Source: Candidatus Anderseniibacteriota bacterium (GTDB lineage Bacteria; Patescibacteriota; JAUYIX01). Taken from it: a DNA stretch of 64,000 nucleotides. Where the stretch lies: positions 153,420 to 217,419 of the forward strand of contig JAXLZM010000001.1 in NCBI GenBank assembly GCA_046350855.1, written 5' to 3'. Each line of letters begins with the position of its first letter. Within the stretch, counting starts at the first letter, position 1. The position numbers were made by a program, and so were the translations under genes. Of this stretch, positions 20,556 through 30,081 are shown piece by piece. Under the pieces are notes generated by a model, which worked only from the letters and a program-made list of their open reading frames with translations, did no database searches and was not told the DNA's origin.

Positions 20556-23123
20556 TCAGATCAGCAGGTTGATGATTTTGCCCGGGACAAAAATAACTTT
20601 GCGCGGTTTGTGACCCGCTAGAGCACGCTTGACCGCAGCTACCTTGAGCGCCGCTGCTTGAACCTCGGCCTGGCTGGCAGTGGGCCGCTCAGTAAGGCGC
20701 CCTCTAAATTTGCCGTTGACTTGCACCACGAGCGTGACGGTCTCGCTCGTAAGCTGGGTTTGGTCGGCGGTCGGCCAGGGTTCGGCCTGGATCGTTAGGA
20801 CTTTGCCTTTGCTAGACGTACCTGGGAGGCGTGACCAGAGTTCTTCCGTAAGATGAGGCGCAAAGGGCGCCAACAAAACGAGCAAACGCTGGTAGGCCGT
20901 AGTTGGTACCACCTTGAGAGCGGTCAAGGTATTGGTGAACTGCATTAGAGCACTAATGGCCGTGTTAAAGCGCAGCCCTTCGATATGCTTGGTGACCACG
21001 CGGGTGGTGATGTGCAGCTGTTTGGTCGTTGGTGCGTCGGGCTTTGCCTTGGGTTCAACCTTGTCTTGCAGACGCCAGACCCGCTCCAAAAAACGCACCA
21101 GACCGGCAATCCCCTCGGTGCTCCAACTCTTTTGCTGCTCGAGTGGGCCCAAAAACATCTCAAACAGACGCAGGGCATCGGCTCCGTTGTGCTTGATCAC
21201 GTCGTCAGGGTTAATTACGTTACCCTTAGATTTAGACATTTTAGTGCCGTCGGGAGCCAAGATGATCCCCTGGTTACGGAGGCGGGTGAACGGTTCGTCA
21301 AAGGAGAGGTGCCCCGCGTTCTTGAGTGCTTTGATCCAAAAACGGGCATAGAGCAGGTGGAGAACGGCGTGTTCGGCCCCACCGATATACAAGTCGACCG
21401 GCAGCCACTTGAGCGAATCCTTGGTCCAGGCCGCTTGGTCGTTGTGCGGATCGGGAAAGCGCAAAAAGTACCAGCTCGAGCCGGCCCACTGTGGCATGGT
21501 GTTGGTCTCACGTTTGGCGGGTTTGCCGCAGGTCGGGCAGGTCGTCTTGACCCACTCGTCGATCGCAGCGAGCGGCGACTCCCCAGTTCCAGTCGGTTGA
21601 TATTTCTCGACCTCGGGCAATTTGACCGGGAGTTGGTCCTCGGGGACCGCGACAGCGCCGTGGTCGGGGCAATGGATGATGGGGATTGGTTCACCCCAAT
21701 AACGTTGCCGGGAGAACACCCAGTCGCGTAACTTATAGTGCGTCGTGACGCGGCCCTTTTTTTGCTTGGTCAGGGACGCCGCGATTTTTTTGCGGGCCTC
21801 GTCGCTGCCGAGACCGGTAAATTCGCCTGAGTTTACTAATCGTCCATCGGCAACAAAGGCACGCTGACCGCCGTCAAGTTTTTTGTCGAGCTTACTATCA
21901 AGCGACTTGGTTTGGGGGCTACCGGCTGCATCTGGCTCTACCACGACGTTAATCGGCAGCTTGTACGTGGTTGCAAACTCAAAGTCACGGTCGTCGTGGG
22001 CGGGCACGGCCATGACCGCGCCGGTTCCATAGCCGGCCAGTACATAGTCGGCTACCCAAATCGGAACTTTAGCGCTGTTGATAGGGTTGATCGCGTACGC
22101 ACCGGTAAAGACGCCGGTTTTTTTCTTGGCGGTGGTACGGTCGCGCTCAGGGCGCTTGATGGCTTTGTCGATGTAGCTCAAAACTGCGGGGCGGTGTTCA
22201 CCCGTGGCGACCGCACGTGCGAGTCCGTGCTCTGGAGCGAGCACTATATAGGTGACACCAAAAAGCGTATCGGCCCGAGTGGTAAAGACGCTGACGCTCT
22301 TACTGCTCTCGAGCGCGAACTCAACCTCAACCCCCTCGCTCTTGCCGATCCAGTTGCGCTGCTGTTCGGTAATCTTGTGGGGCCAATCGAGACCATCGAG
22401 ATCGGCCAGTAGTCGATCAGCGTATTTGGTAATCCGCAGCAACCACTGACGCAGATTTTTTTTGACCACGGGCGTACCGCAGCGATCACAACAGCCGTTG
22501 ACGACTTCTTCGTTGGCGAGACCCGTTTTGTCTTTGGGACACCAATTGATGGCGACCTCGGCCTCGTAGGCCAAGCCCTGTTTGAACAGCTGCACAAAAA
22601 TCCATTGAGTCCATTTGTAGTAGGTCGGATCCGATGTAGTCACCTCGCGCGACCAATCATACGAGAACCCCAGCCGCTGCATCTGCCGTCTAAAGTTGTC
22701 GATATTTTTCTTGGTCGTTATGCGCGGATGCACCCCGGTCTTAAGAGCATAGTTCTCGGCCGGTAACCCAAAACTGTCCCAGCCCATCGGATGCAAAACC
22801 GTGTACCCCTGAGCGCGATAATACCGGGCCAAAATATCCGAGGCCGTATAGCTCTCAACGTGTCCCACATGCAAGCCATCTCCGGATGGATACGGAAACA
22901 TATCGAGCACGTACATTTTTTTGGCGCCTTTTTTTGGCGCTTTGTCTGGCCGAACAAAAATCTTTGCGTCCGCCCAGATTTTTTGCCACTTGGGCTCGAT
23001 CGTAGAGGGGTCGTACCGCTCAGAGTCGGGCCTGGGTTCAGCCAAAAGCGTGGGCTTAGGAGAAGCCGTTTTTTTGCTTGCTTTTTTAGTGCTCTTGGGC
23101 GTTTTCGTGCGTTTCGGTGGCAT
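20556..23123 (-). CDS. leuS: Leucine--tRNA ligase
   Basis: MFPYPSGDGLHVGH, FTTRADT editing domain, KMSKS. Confidence 0.98.
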   Translation of the reverse strand: MPPKRTKTPKSTKKASKKTASPKPTLLAEPRPDSERYDPSTIEPKWQKIWADAKIFVRPDKAPKKGAKKMYVLDMFPYPSGDGLHVGHVESYTASDILARYYRAQGYTVLHPMGWDSFGLPAENYALKTGVHPRITTKKNIDNFRRQMQRLGFSYDWSREVTTSDPTYYKWTQWIFVQLFKQGLAYEAEVAINWCPKDKTGLANEEVVNGCCDRCGTPVVKKNLRQWLLRITKYADRLLADLDGLDWPHKITEQQRNWIGKSEGVEVEFALESSKSVSVFTTRADTLFGVTYIVLAPEHGLARAVATGEHRPAVLSYIDKAIKRPERDRTTAKKKTGVFTGAYAINPINSAKVPIWVADYVLAGYGTGAVMAVPAHDDRDFEFATTYKLPINVVVEPDAAGSPQTKSLDSKLDKKLDGGQRAFVADGRLVNSGEFTGLGSDEARKKIAASLTKQKKGRVTTHYKLRDWVFSRQRYWGEPIPIIHCPDHGAVAVPEDQLPVKLPEVEKYQPTGTGESPLAAIDEWVKTTCPTCGKPAKRETNTMPQWAGSSWYFLRFPDPHNDQAAWTKDSLKWLPVDLYIGGAEHAVLHLLYARFWIKALKNAGHLSFDEPFTRLRNQGIILAPDGTKMSKSKGNVINPDDVIKHNGADALRLFEMFLGPLEQQKSWSTEGIAGLVRFLERVWRLQDKVEPKAKPDAPTTKQLHITTRVVTKHIEGLRFNTAISALMQFTNTLTALKVVPTTAYQRLLVLLAPFAPHLTEELWSRLPGTSSKGKVLTIQAEPWPTADQTQLTSETVTLVVQVNGKFRGRLTERPTASQAEVQAAALKVAAVKRALAGHKPRKVIFVPGKIINLLI

Positions 23124-23910
23124 CGGGTAGGCTAAACAATTGTCGCGCGTTTTTGGTGGTCGCGCGAGCTAGTTCAGCGTACGAGATACCACGTAGATTG
23201 GCAATAAACTGGCCCACCGTGACCACCTCGGCCGGCTCGTTGCGCTTGCCACGGCGCGGAACGGGCGTGAGATAGGGCGAATCGGTCTCAAGTAGCAGCC
23301 GATCGAGTGGGCAGGCCTTAGCGGCCTCGCGTAGCTGCTCGGTGCGTTTCTCAAAGGTCACGATCCCGCCAAACGCGACGTACATCCCGCGCTTGAGTAT
23401 TTCTTCCATCTCCCGTGGTCCGCCCGTAAAACTATGTACGACTCCGGTATGTTTTGGCCCTGCCTCATCCAGCAGGCTGAACAACTCTGTATATAAGTCT
23501 CGACAGTGCAAAATGATCGGCACTTTGTTTTTTTGGGCGAGCTTGAGCAGTGCCCGCACCGTTGGCGCTTGTTTTTCGGCAGAACCATTTTTACTATCCA
23601 ATCCAAATTCCCCGAGTGCAACCACGAGTGGATCTTTAAGGAATTGATCCAACTCTTGAACAGCTTTAGTGAGAGCAGTTTCGTCCAGCGTAATCGCAAC
23701 CTGTGGGTGGATACCGACGGCGGCAAAAACTCCTGACACCTCGTGCGCCAATTCGACCGCAGTTCGACTGTCCTCCAGACTACTGGCTGGATTTACGATC
23801 GAGACAAGGCCTGCATCTTGAGCACGCTGCCAAACCGCTGTGCGATCTTCTTTAAAAGCGGCATCGTCTAGGTGACAGTGTGAGTCAATGATCTCGGAAA
23901 GTTGCGCCAT
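23086..23910 (-). CDS. tatD: TatD family nuclease
   Basis: DSHCHL, GIHP, GEFGLD, LHCR, VVHSF, ETDSPYL. Confidence 0.95.
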   Translation of the reverse strand: MAQLSEIIDSHCHLDDAAFKEDRTAVWQRAQDAGLVSIVNPASSLEDSRTAVELAHEVSGVFAAVGIHPQVAITLDETALTKAVQELDQFLKDPLVVALGEFGLDSKNGSAEKQAPTVRALLKLAQKNKVPIILHCRDLYTELFSLLDEAGPKHTGVVHSFTGGPREMEEILKRGMYVAFGGIVTFEKRTEQLREAAKACPLDRLLLETDSPYLTPVPRRGKRNEPAEVVTVGQFIANLRGISYAELARATTKNARQLFSLPDATETHENAQEH

Positions 23911-23915
23911 TATTT

Positions 23916-25454
23916 TTATTTTTTCTCAGCTTCGATCTTTGCAAAGAGATTATCCGGCCGCGTCACGGCAGAACCCGGATGCAACGGTTGGGCCCGCTGC
24001 TCTACTAAGGTGCCGGCGGGCAACTCAAAAATCCCAGTAATCCGCTCCGCAGTCGCAGGGATAATCGGCTGCACCTGCAAGCCCACGATCTTGACCGCCT
24101 CGAGCAAGGTGCGCAAAACACTTGCCAACTTTTTGGAATCGGACTTAGCAAGCACCCACGGTTTGGACTTGTCGACAAATTGGTTGGCCCAGGCCACAAA
24201 GCGGTTGAGCGCACTGATCGCATCATGGAAACGCAGCTCCTCGATCGCAGCATCAAACTCTTTGATAAATTTCTCGGCCTCGGGGACATAGACCGGGTCC
24301 GGCTTAGCATCCGGCACCTTTCCGTCGGCAAATTTTTGCGTCATGGTAGTGACGCGTGCAACCAAGTTACCGATCCCGTTGGCAAGCTCGGAGTTGTAGC
24401 GTTCAACCAGACGTGACTCGCTATACTCACCATCCTGCGCAAACGGAATTTCGGCCAGCAAAAAATAGCGGAACGCCTCGAGGCCGTAGCGCTTGATCAC
24501 GGCAAATGGATCGACCACGTTGCCGAGGGACTTACTCATCTTTTTACCCTCGTTGCCGATAAAGCCGTGACTAAAGAGCCGATGCGGCAGGGCCAAGCGA
24601 GCCGACTTGAGCATGGCCGGCCAGAGCGCGGCATGGAACCGCAAAATATCCTTACCGATAATCTGCACGTCCGCGGGCCAGAGTCGCTCAAAGGTCGGCG
24701 TGTCCTGCAAAAAGCCACAGCCCGTCAAATAGTTGGTCAACGCATCAAACCAAACGTACATCACGTGTGACGGGTCGCCCGGCACTTCGATCCCCCAGGC
24801 CAACTTCTCCTTAGGCCGGCTGATGCTCACGTCCTCTAATCCTCGCTTACTTACAAGTGCATAAATCTCATTAAACCGCCCCTCCGGCTGAACAAACTGT
24901 TTGTGTTCATCCAGGTGCTGCTTGAGCCAGGCGGTATAGCGCGAGAGGGCAAAAAAATAGTTTTCTTCTTCGACGACCTCGGGCTTTGTGCCGTGAATGC
25001 AGCAGGTGCCGGCCTTGCCGGTCGGGTCGCCGTCTTTGCGGATCTCGCTCGGGGTCAAAAATGCCTCGCACCCGACACAGTAGAGGCCTTTGTACTTCTT
25101 TTTATAGATGTCACCCGCGGCGTCGGCGCGCTTCCAGATTTCTTGCGCAACTTTTTTGTGAGTCTCGTCGCTCGTCCGAACAAATTGATCTGCACTAATC
25201 TCAAGCGCACCCATCAAGTCCTTAAAGGACTGAGAGATTTCATCGGTAAATTCTTGGGGTTGCTTGCCAGCTTTTTGGGCGGCGCGGGCGATTTTGGTGC
25301 CATGTTCATCCGTGCCGGTGATAAAACGTACCTCGCTCCCCTTGAGACGGTGGTAGCGCGCCAACACATCCGCCGCCAAAAACTCAAAAGCATGGCCGAT
25401 ATGCGGCTTTGCGTTTACGTATGCAATTGCGGTTGTGACGGTAAACTTCGACAT
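23916..25454 (-). CDS. metG: Methionine--tRNA ligase (short form)
   Basis: YVNAKPHIGH, GTDEHG, YVWFDAL, GKDILRFH, KMSKS. Confidence 0.97.
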   Translation of the reverse strand: MSKFTVTTAIAYVNAKPHIGHAFEFLAADVLARYHRLKGSEVRFITGTDEHGTKIARAAQKAGKQPQEFTDEISQSFKDLMGALEISADQFVRTSDETHKKVAQEIWKRADAAGDIYKKKYKGLYCVGCEAFLTPSEIRKDGDPTGKAGTCCIHGTKPEVVEEENYFFALSRYTAWLKQHLDEHKQFVQPEGRFNEIYALVSKRGLEDVSISRPKEKLAWGIEVPGDPSHVMYVWFDALTNYLTGCGFLQDTPTFERLWPADVQIIGKDILRFHAALWPAMLKSARLALPHRLFSHGFIGNEGKKMSKSLGNVVDPFAVIKRYGLEAFRYFLLAEIPFAQDGEYSESRLVERYNSELANGIGNLVARVTTMTQKFADGKVPDAKPDPVYVPEAEKFIKEFDAAIEELRFHDAISALNRFVAWANQFVDKSKPWVLAKSDSKKLASVLRTLLEAVKIVGLQVQPIIPATAERITGIFELPAGTLVEQRAQPLHPGSAVTRPDNLFAKIEAEKK

Positions 25455-25471
25455 GGTGGGGCCGCTAGCGG

Positions 25472-26164
25472 CTAGGCGTTATGGTGCGGTACAAAACCAA
25501 TCGGGGCAAGCACGAGGACAAACTCACCAAGACGCGGGAGTTGCTCGGGCGTGCGGGCTGCAATGGCCTTGCACGTGTCTACAATAGACTGCTCGTGCAA
25601 CTTGGTGAGTTCGCGGCCGACGCAGAGATAGCGGTCGGGCATTTGTTCTGCCAGAGAGGCCAGTGCTTTATCGATCCGATGCGGGGACTCATAAAAAATC
25701 ACCGAGCTCTGGATGCCAGTGAGGGTCTTAAAAAATGTTTCGCGGCCTTTTTTGTGCGGGACAAACCCTTTGTAGACGAACTCATCCATTGGGAAGCCCG
25801 AGATACTCGCCGCCGCGATTGCCGCGGACGCACCAGGAATTGCGATGACGACAAATCCGGCTGCGCGCACAGCCGCTACGATTACGCCCCCGGGATCATT
25901 AATGCCGGGTGTCCCCGCCTCGCTGATCAAAGCCACATCCTTACCCGCTTCGAGGGCCTCGAGCACCGGAGTGGTTGCAAACTTTTTGCCGGGTTCAAAC
26001 ACCGGGATCAACCGCACCCGAATCCCCAGAGGATCGAGCAATTTTTTGCTGGCGAGTGGCTTTTCGCTCACGATCAAATCGACCGCGGTTAACGTCTCCG
26101 CAGCCCGCGCGGACAGATCTCCGCGGTTGCCAATCGGTGTTCCAACAACATATAACGTAGCCAT
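25472..26164 (-). CDS. rsmI: 16S rRNA C1402 2'-O-methyltransferase
   Basis: LYVVGTPIGN, SEAGTPGINDPG, FYESPHR, RELTKLHE. Confidence 0.94.
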   Translation of the reverse strand: MATLYVVGTPIGNRGDLSARAAETLTAVDLIVSEKPLASKKLLDPLGIRVRLIPVFEPGKKFATTPVLEALEAGKDVALISEAGTPGINDPGGVIVAAVRAAGFVVIAIPGASAAIAAASISGFPMDEFVYKGFVPHKKGRETFFKTLTGIQSSVIFYESPHRIDKALASLAEQMPDRYLCVGRELTKLHEQSIVDTCKAIAARTPEQLPRLGEFVLVLAPIGFVPHHNA

Positions 26165-26177
26165 TACTACATACTGC

Positions 26178-26218
26178 ACAAAAAAAGAACCCCCGACCAG
26201 TGTTATCTGGTGGGGGTG
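26178..26218 (-). terminator. Intrinsic terminator
   Basis: ACCCCC..ACCAG/CTGGTGGGGGT hairpin with a T tail on the minus strand. Confidence 0.7.
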
Positions 26219-26799
26219 ATCTTGGCGGCGTAGCCGGGGAGAACGTGGTCCTCCTCCGCCTCTGTCTCGGGCGGATGCCGGACATAGCACCGCAGCTTGT
26301 GCATCGCCTCGGAGTAGGCTGCTTGAACGACCTTGATGGGCTTGCCGAACTTGCCGGCAACGAGCTGGAGGGGCCAATCATGACCGTCCACCATGCCGAG
26401 GTGAAAGCGCAAGACGCCGGACTCAAAGTTGGTGAGCCCGATTTCTTTGAGCTCGCGGTCTGAGAGACCCGGACGCTTCTCGCGGAGACGTTCGACGATT
26501 GCGCGGGCTCGAAGCACTTCGTGCGTCATACCCTGCATTCCGATGTAGACGTCTAGGGTATCGCCCGCAAAGACTTCGCAGAGGATGCCGAGCTCTTCGG
26601 CATCGAGCTGCCAGAGCTTTTCGACTAACGCTTCGCGCGTGGGTACAGGCCGCTTGACAAACGAGCTAGGCACGTCTTCACGGACATTGCTTGACTCCGT
26701 TGAGATCCGAATCGCTTCCAGCAGCGTGTCGATGTTGAGCTCTGGTCGTTCGACCAGGACACTGCCGATGATTTCTGGAGGAACCGTGTAGAGTGACAT
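26203..26799 (-). CDS. Hypothetical protein with sigma70 region-4-like domain(s)
   Basis: LTNFESGVLRFHLGMVDG...AMHKLR resembles sigma region 4; GGAGGT SD; promoter TTGACA-17-TAAAAG at 26876-26848. Confidence 0.65.
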   Translation of the reverse strand: MSLYTVPPEIIGSVLVERPELNIDTLLEAIRISTESSNVREDVPSSFVKRPVPTREALVEKLWQLDAEELGILCEVFAGDTLDVYIGMQGMTHEVLRARAIVERLREKRPGLSDRELKEIGLTNFESGVLRFHLGMVDGHDWPLQLVAGKFGKPIKVVQAAYSEAMHKLRCYVRHPPETEAEEDHVLPGYAAKITPTR

Positions 26800-26970
26800 C
26801 CGTTCACCTCCCCTCTTGTAAAGCTACGATCCAGCACTGCTGGCTCTCTTTTAGCACAAAAAAGCCTCTCTGTCAACTAGAACGAAATGCCTCAAAAATC
26901 GAGCATGAAAAGAACATTGGTATCCAACCGGTTAATTGAAATTTACCTTAGCTGGCGATAAAATATCTCT

Positions 26971-27792
26971 ATGCCAGCTCGTTGGACTTTAGCTGAAGAA
27001 AAGAAACTGTATAGGGGGTTACATTTCTTATACGTCAAGAAAAATAAGACCATTGGTGAGATAGCGCATATCTTGAATTTAGATCCGACTTCCGTATATG
27101 ACCGTCTTGTGCGACTAAATATCCCGAGATCACGCGCGTCAAAAACAAGATACAATAATCAACGTACTGACGTCGGGATACCAACAACGTATTCACCCGA
27201 GCTTGCAGAATTTATCGGCATTCTCTTAGGAGATGGGCACCTAACATCAACTCAGGTCACCGTTACGTTGGGTAAAAAAGAAAAAAGATACGCAGAGTAT
27301 GTTGCAGACTTAATTAAATCGATATTTAGAATATACCCTGCGATAATTAAAAATCTGGATGGGGATCTGACCGTATACTTTGGATCAACAGCTGTGGTGA
27401 GGTGGTTTCTCGAAATGGGGTTGGTCCACAACAAAGTGCGCTCTCAGGTGGACGTACCGGCGTGGTGTTTTTCTAAGCGCACGTTCATTCGCTCGGTATT
27501 GCGCGGCTTGATTGATACCGATGGTTCGGTGTATACCTTACGTCACGGCGTACAAATATCATTCTGTAATCGATCGTACCCACTCCTAAAATCTGCGCGT
27601 TTGATGATGCAGCAATTAGGTTTAAGACCATCCAAGATTAGTTGTTACAAGGTATATCTGACACGTCAAAAAGATCTGGGCAACTATCTAAGACAGGTCG
27701 GGTTCAGTAACAGAAAACATTTGAAGCGTCTCCTCGTTTTTTCTCAGTTGCATGGGCAGGTACTGGAAGCGGCCAAACCGGACAGACTGTAA
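26971..27792 (+). CDS. Free-standing LAGLIDADG homing endonuclease with N-terminal HTH
   Basis: Two motifs, LAEFIGILLGDG and VLRGLIDTDG; HTH TIGEIAHILNLDPTSVYDRL; AT-richer than the flanks. Confidence 0.9.
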   Translation: MPARWTLAEEKKLYRGLHFLYVKKNKTIGEIAHILNLDPTSVYDRLVRLNIPRSRASKTRYNNQRTDVGIPTTYSPELAEFIGILLGDGHLTSTQVTVTLGKKEKRYAEYVADLIKSIFRIYPAIIKNLDGDLTVYFGSTAVVRWFLEMGLVHNKVRSQVDVPAWCFSKRTFIRSVLRGLIDTDGSVYTLRHGVQISFCNRSYPLLKSARLMMQQLGLRPSKISCYKVYLTRQKDLGNYLRQVGFSNRKHLKRLLVFSQLHGQVLEAAKPDRL

Positions 27793-27841
27793 ATCTGTTG
27801 GCTTCACGCCTTCGGGGGTTCGAATCCCTCCCTGCCCACCA
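27754..27841 (+). tRNA. tRNA-Tyr (GTA)
   Basis: GGGCAGG/CCTGCCC acceptor stem, CTGTAAA loop, long variable arm, GGTTCGAATCC, ACCA. Confidence 0.96.
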
Positions 27842-27844
27842 GTG

Positions 27845-28168
27845 TTATACCCAAACGCGCGCTTTATTTTTGATTTCTTTTTCGCGAAAAGCCTCTTCTA
27901 GATCGAGGTCGTACTTGTTGGCGATCGCGCAGAGATAAATCAAAATGTCGGCCAGCTCTTCTTTGACCGAGCCGACCTTAGAAGTGGGATCGATCTTAAT
28001 GGTCTTCTCCATTTTGCGCACGGCTTTAAAGAGCTCGCCAATTTCTTCTCCGAGCAAGAGACACTTTTGGAGCGCGGTCTCATTGCTGAATCCGCGTTGA
28101 CGCTCGAGTTCACTGACGTAGCGTTGCACCTCAGCCAGAGTTGGATTGGACGGTAGTTCAAGCACCAT
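27845..28168 (-). CDS. MazG-like nucleotide pyrophosphohydrolase
   Basis: LGEEIGELFKA...EELADILIYL..IAN. Confidence 0.88.
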   Translation of the reverse strand: MVLELPSNPTLAEVQRYVSELERQRGFSNETALQKCLLLGEEIGELFKAVRKMEKTIKIDPTSKVGSVKEELADILIYLCAIANKYDLDLEEAFREKEIKNKARVWV

Positions 28169-28715
28169 CGCTTTGGCTTTCTTTAAGTAACTGGACAAAG
28201 CGCTGCTTAAGTTTGGCAAGCTTGGGGTTAATCACCGCTTGGCAGTAGGGCTGCTCTTTATTTTTGCGGTAGTAATCACGGTGATAGTCCTCAGCCTCGT
28301 AAAAGGTCTCGAACGGCTTGATCTCGGTGGTCACTTTGACCCCGCTCTTTTTGAGTTCGGCCACAAACTGCTCGGACTCTTGTTGCTGCTCTGGGGTCGT
28401 CACAAAAATGGCCGAGCGATACTGGGTACCCACGTCATTGCCTTGGCGGTTGAGAGTAGAGGGGTCATGCGTGGCAAAAAAGACCGTCAACAAATCGCGG
28501 TACGCGATCTCGCGCGGATCAAATTCGATGCGGGTCGCCTCGGCATGACCGGTTCTGCCAGAACACACCTGCTCGTAGGTTGGATTAGGGACCGTGCCAC
28601 CCGTGTAGCCGGGCATAACCTTGAGCACGCCTCTCAGCGATTGGAAAATCGCCTCGGTGCACCAAAAACAGCCTCCTGCAAAGATGGCAATTTCTCGGGC
28701 GCGCGTGACTGGCAT
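28158..28715 (-). CDS. msrA: Peptide-methionine (S)-S-oxide reductase
   Basis: GGCFWC, TGHAE, HDPSTLNRQGNDVGTQYRS, AEDYH. Confidence 0.97.
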   Translation of the reverse strand: MPVTRAREIAIFAGGCFWCTEAIFQSLRGVLKVMPGYTGGTVPNPTYEQVCSGRTGHAEATRIEFDPREIAYRDLLTVFFATHDPSTLNRQGNDVGTQYRSAIFVTTPEQQQESEQFVAELKKSGVKVTTEIKPFETFYEAEDYHRDYYRKNKEQPYCQAVINPKLAKLKQRFVQLLKESQSDGA

Positions 28716-29992
28716 TACCGAATACTAACAGTTCGATAGTGTCGTTTACCAACCCGAATCGTGAATTTTTTGGGTGGGATTTTGTCGGTCAACGAGACCG
28801 TTTTCCAGCCGTTCTCCGTCTTGAGGTGGATAGCTTTTTGCTTGAGGAGTCGTCCTGCTGCTGCCGCTGAGGCAGAACCAGGCAGATCGAGCGCCTTGAT
28901 CACGGCGATCCACGAGCTGACGTCTTTACGCGTAAGCATCACCTCTGGAATCTTAAGCTCGTCCGTCTTTTTGCGTACGACCGCTGTATTAAAATATTCC
29001 TCAGCTCTGTCCGCGTCTTTGACGCTGTTGAGGTCAGCCACGATGATACGTGCAAGGGCACGCTTGAGGTGCATGGGGTTGAGTTCACCCGACTTGAGGG
29101 CACGCGCTAATGGATTCCATTGCGCATCGCGGATGTCCGTCAACAATGTAAAGTACTGCTCGAGCAGCGCATCCGGGATCCGCATCAGCTTGCCGAACAT
29201 CTCTTCTGGCTCTGCCTCGAGCGCAATATAGTTATCTTGCGACTTGGACATTTTGAGGCCCTGACCGCTTGTACCGATGAGGATGTCGGTGGTGAGGGCA
29301 GCCTCGGGCGCGTGCCCATTAAGCTCCATCACTCGGGCCGAGTCATAAAAATTGAGCAGCTGATCGTCGCCGCCGATCTCGAGCTCGGTTTTGAGCTCGA
29401 TCGAGTCGATCCCGGTTAGACTGGCGTAGAGGAGTTCCACGCGAGTGACCGACTCACGCTTACGAAAATCCTCCCGCTGCATAGCGCTCGAGACCGTGAG
29501 GCCCCGAATCATTTTAAGAAAGTTGGCCAGCGAGAGCTTGTCGAGCCATTCGCTATTACGCCGCACGCTAGCCTGTTTGAGATCGATAAGGCGACCGGCC
29601 TGTTGCTTGTAGGTTTTGAGGTTACGCTCGATCTCTTGCTCGGTCAGCATTGGACGCTCGGCCACGCGACCGGCCGGATCACCAATCCGCGCGGTAAAAT
29701 CGCCGATGACCAGCGTGACCTGGTGCCCCATTTTTTGGAGCCGCCTACATAGCACCAACGGAATGGCATGACCCAGGTGCAACTCACGGCCGGTCGCGTC
29801 GATCCCAAATTTAACGCGTAGTCCACGTCGAGCTTTTTTAGCCCGCTCGAGGTAACGCAATAGTCGATCCTCGCCGGCGATATGTTTGGCCCGCTCTTTA
29901 AGTAAGACAAGTTGTTGGGCCGGAGTCATTGCTGTGAGGTCGGGATGCTCCAACAAATCCTGTTCGAGGGCACGTAAATCGATCTGGGACAT
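28715..29992 (-). CDS. tyrS: Tyrosine--tRNA ligase (divergent)
   Basis: KFGIDAT..LHLGH, IGDFTARIGDP, GGDDQ, KMSKS, C-terminal S4-like VGKRH. Confidence 0.88.
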   Translation of the reverse strand: MSQIDLRALEQDLLEHPDLTAMTPAQQLVLLKERAKHIAGEDRLLRYLERAKKARRGLRVKFGIDATGRELHLGHAIPLVLCRRLQKMGHQVTLVIGDFTARIGDPAGRVAERPMLTEQEIERNLKTYKQQAGRLIDLKQASVRRNSEWLDKLSLANFLKMIRGLTVSSAMQREDFRKRESVTRVELLYASLTGIDSIELKTELEIGGDDQLLNFYDSARVMELNGHAPEAALTTDILIGTSGQGLKMSKSQDNYIALEAEPEEMFGKLMRIPDALLEQYFTLLTDIRDAQWNPLARALKSGELNPMHLKRALARIIVADLNSVKDADRAEEYFNTAVVRKKTDELKIPEVMLTRKDVSSWIAVIKALDLPGSASAAAAGRLLKQKAIHLKTENGWKTVSLTDKIPPKKFTIRVGKRHYRTVSIR

Positions 29993-30081
29993 GCGCGTAC
30001 GATAGCAAATGGACAGATAGCTGTCAGCCGCACTCGAGCACTGAGATTGCGTACCTGGCGCTGCAGGGGTAGAGTCGCGGT

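Noticed and set aside
23086-23123. 38-nt tatD/leuS overlap
   Set aside because: A short C-terminal run-on, typical of compact genomes.
26880-27841. Group I intron or split tRNA hosting the LAGLIDADG gene
   Set aside because: The tRNA-Tyr is contiguous and complete, and no upstream tRNA half or intron core is visible.
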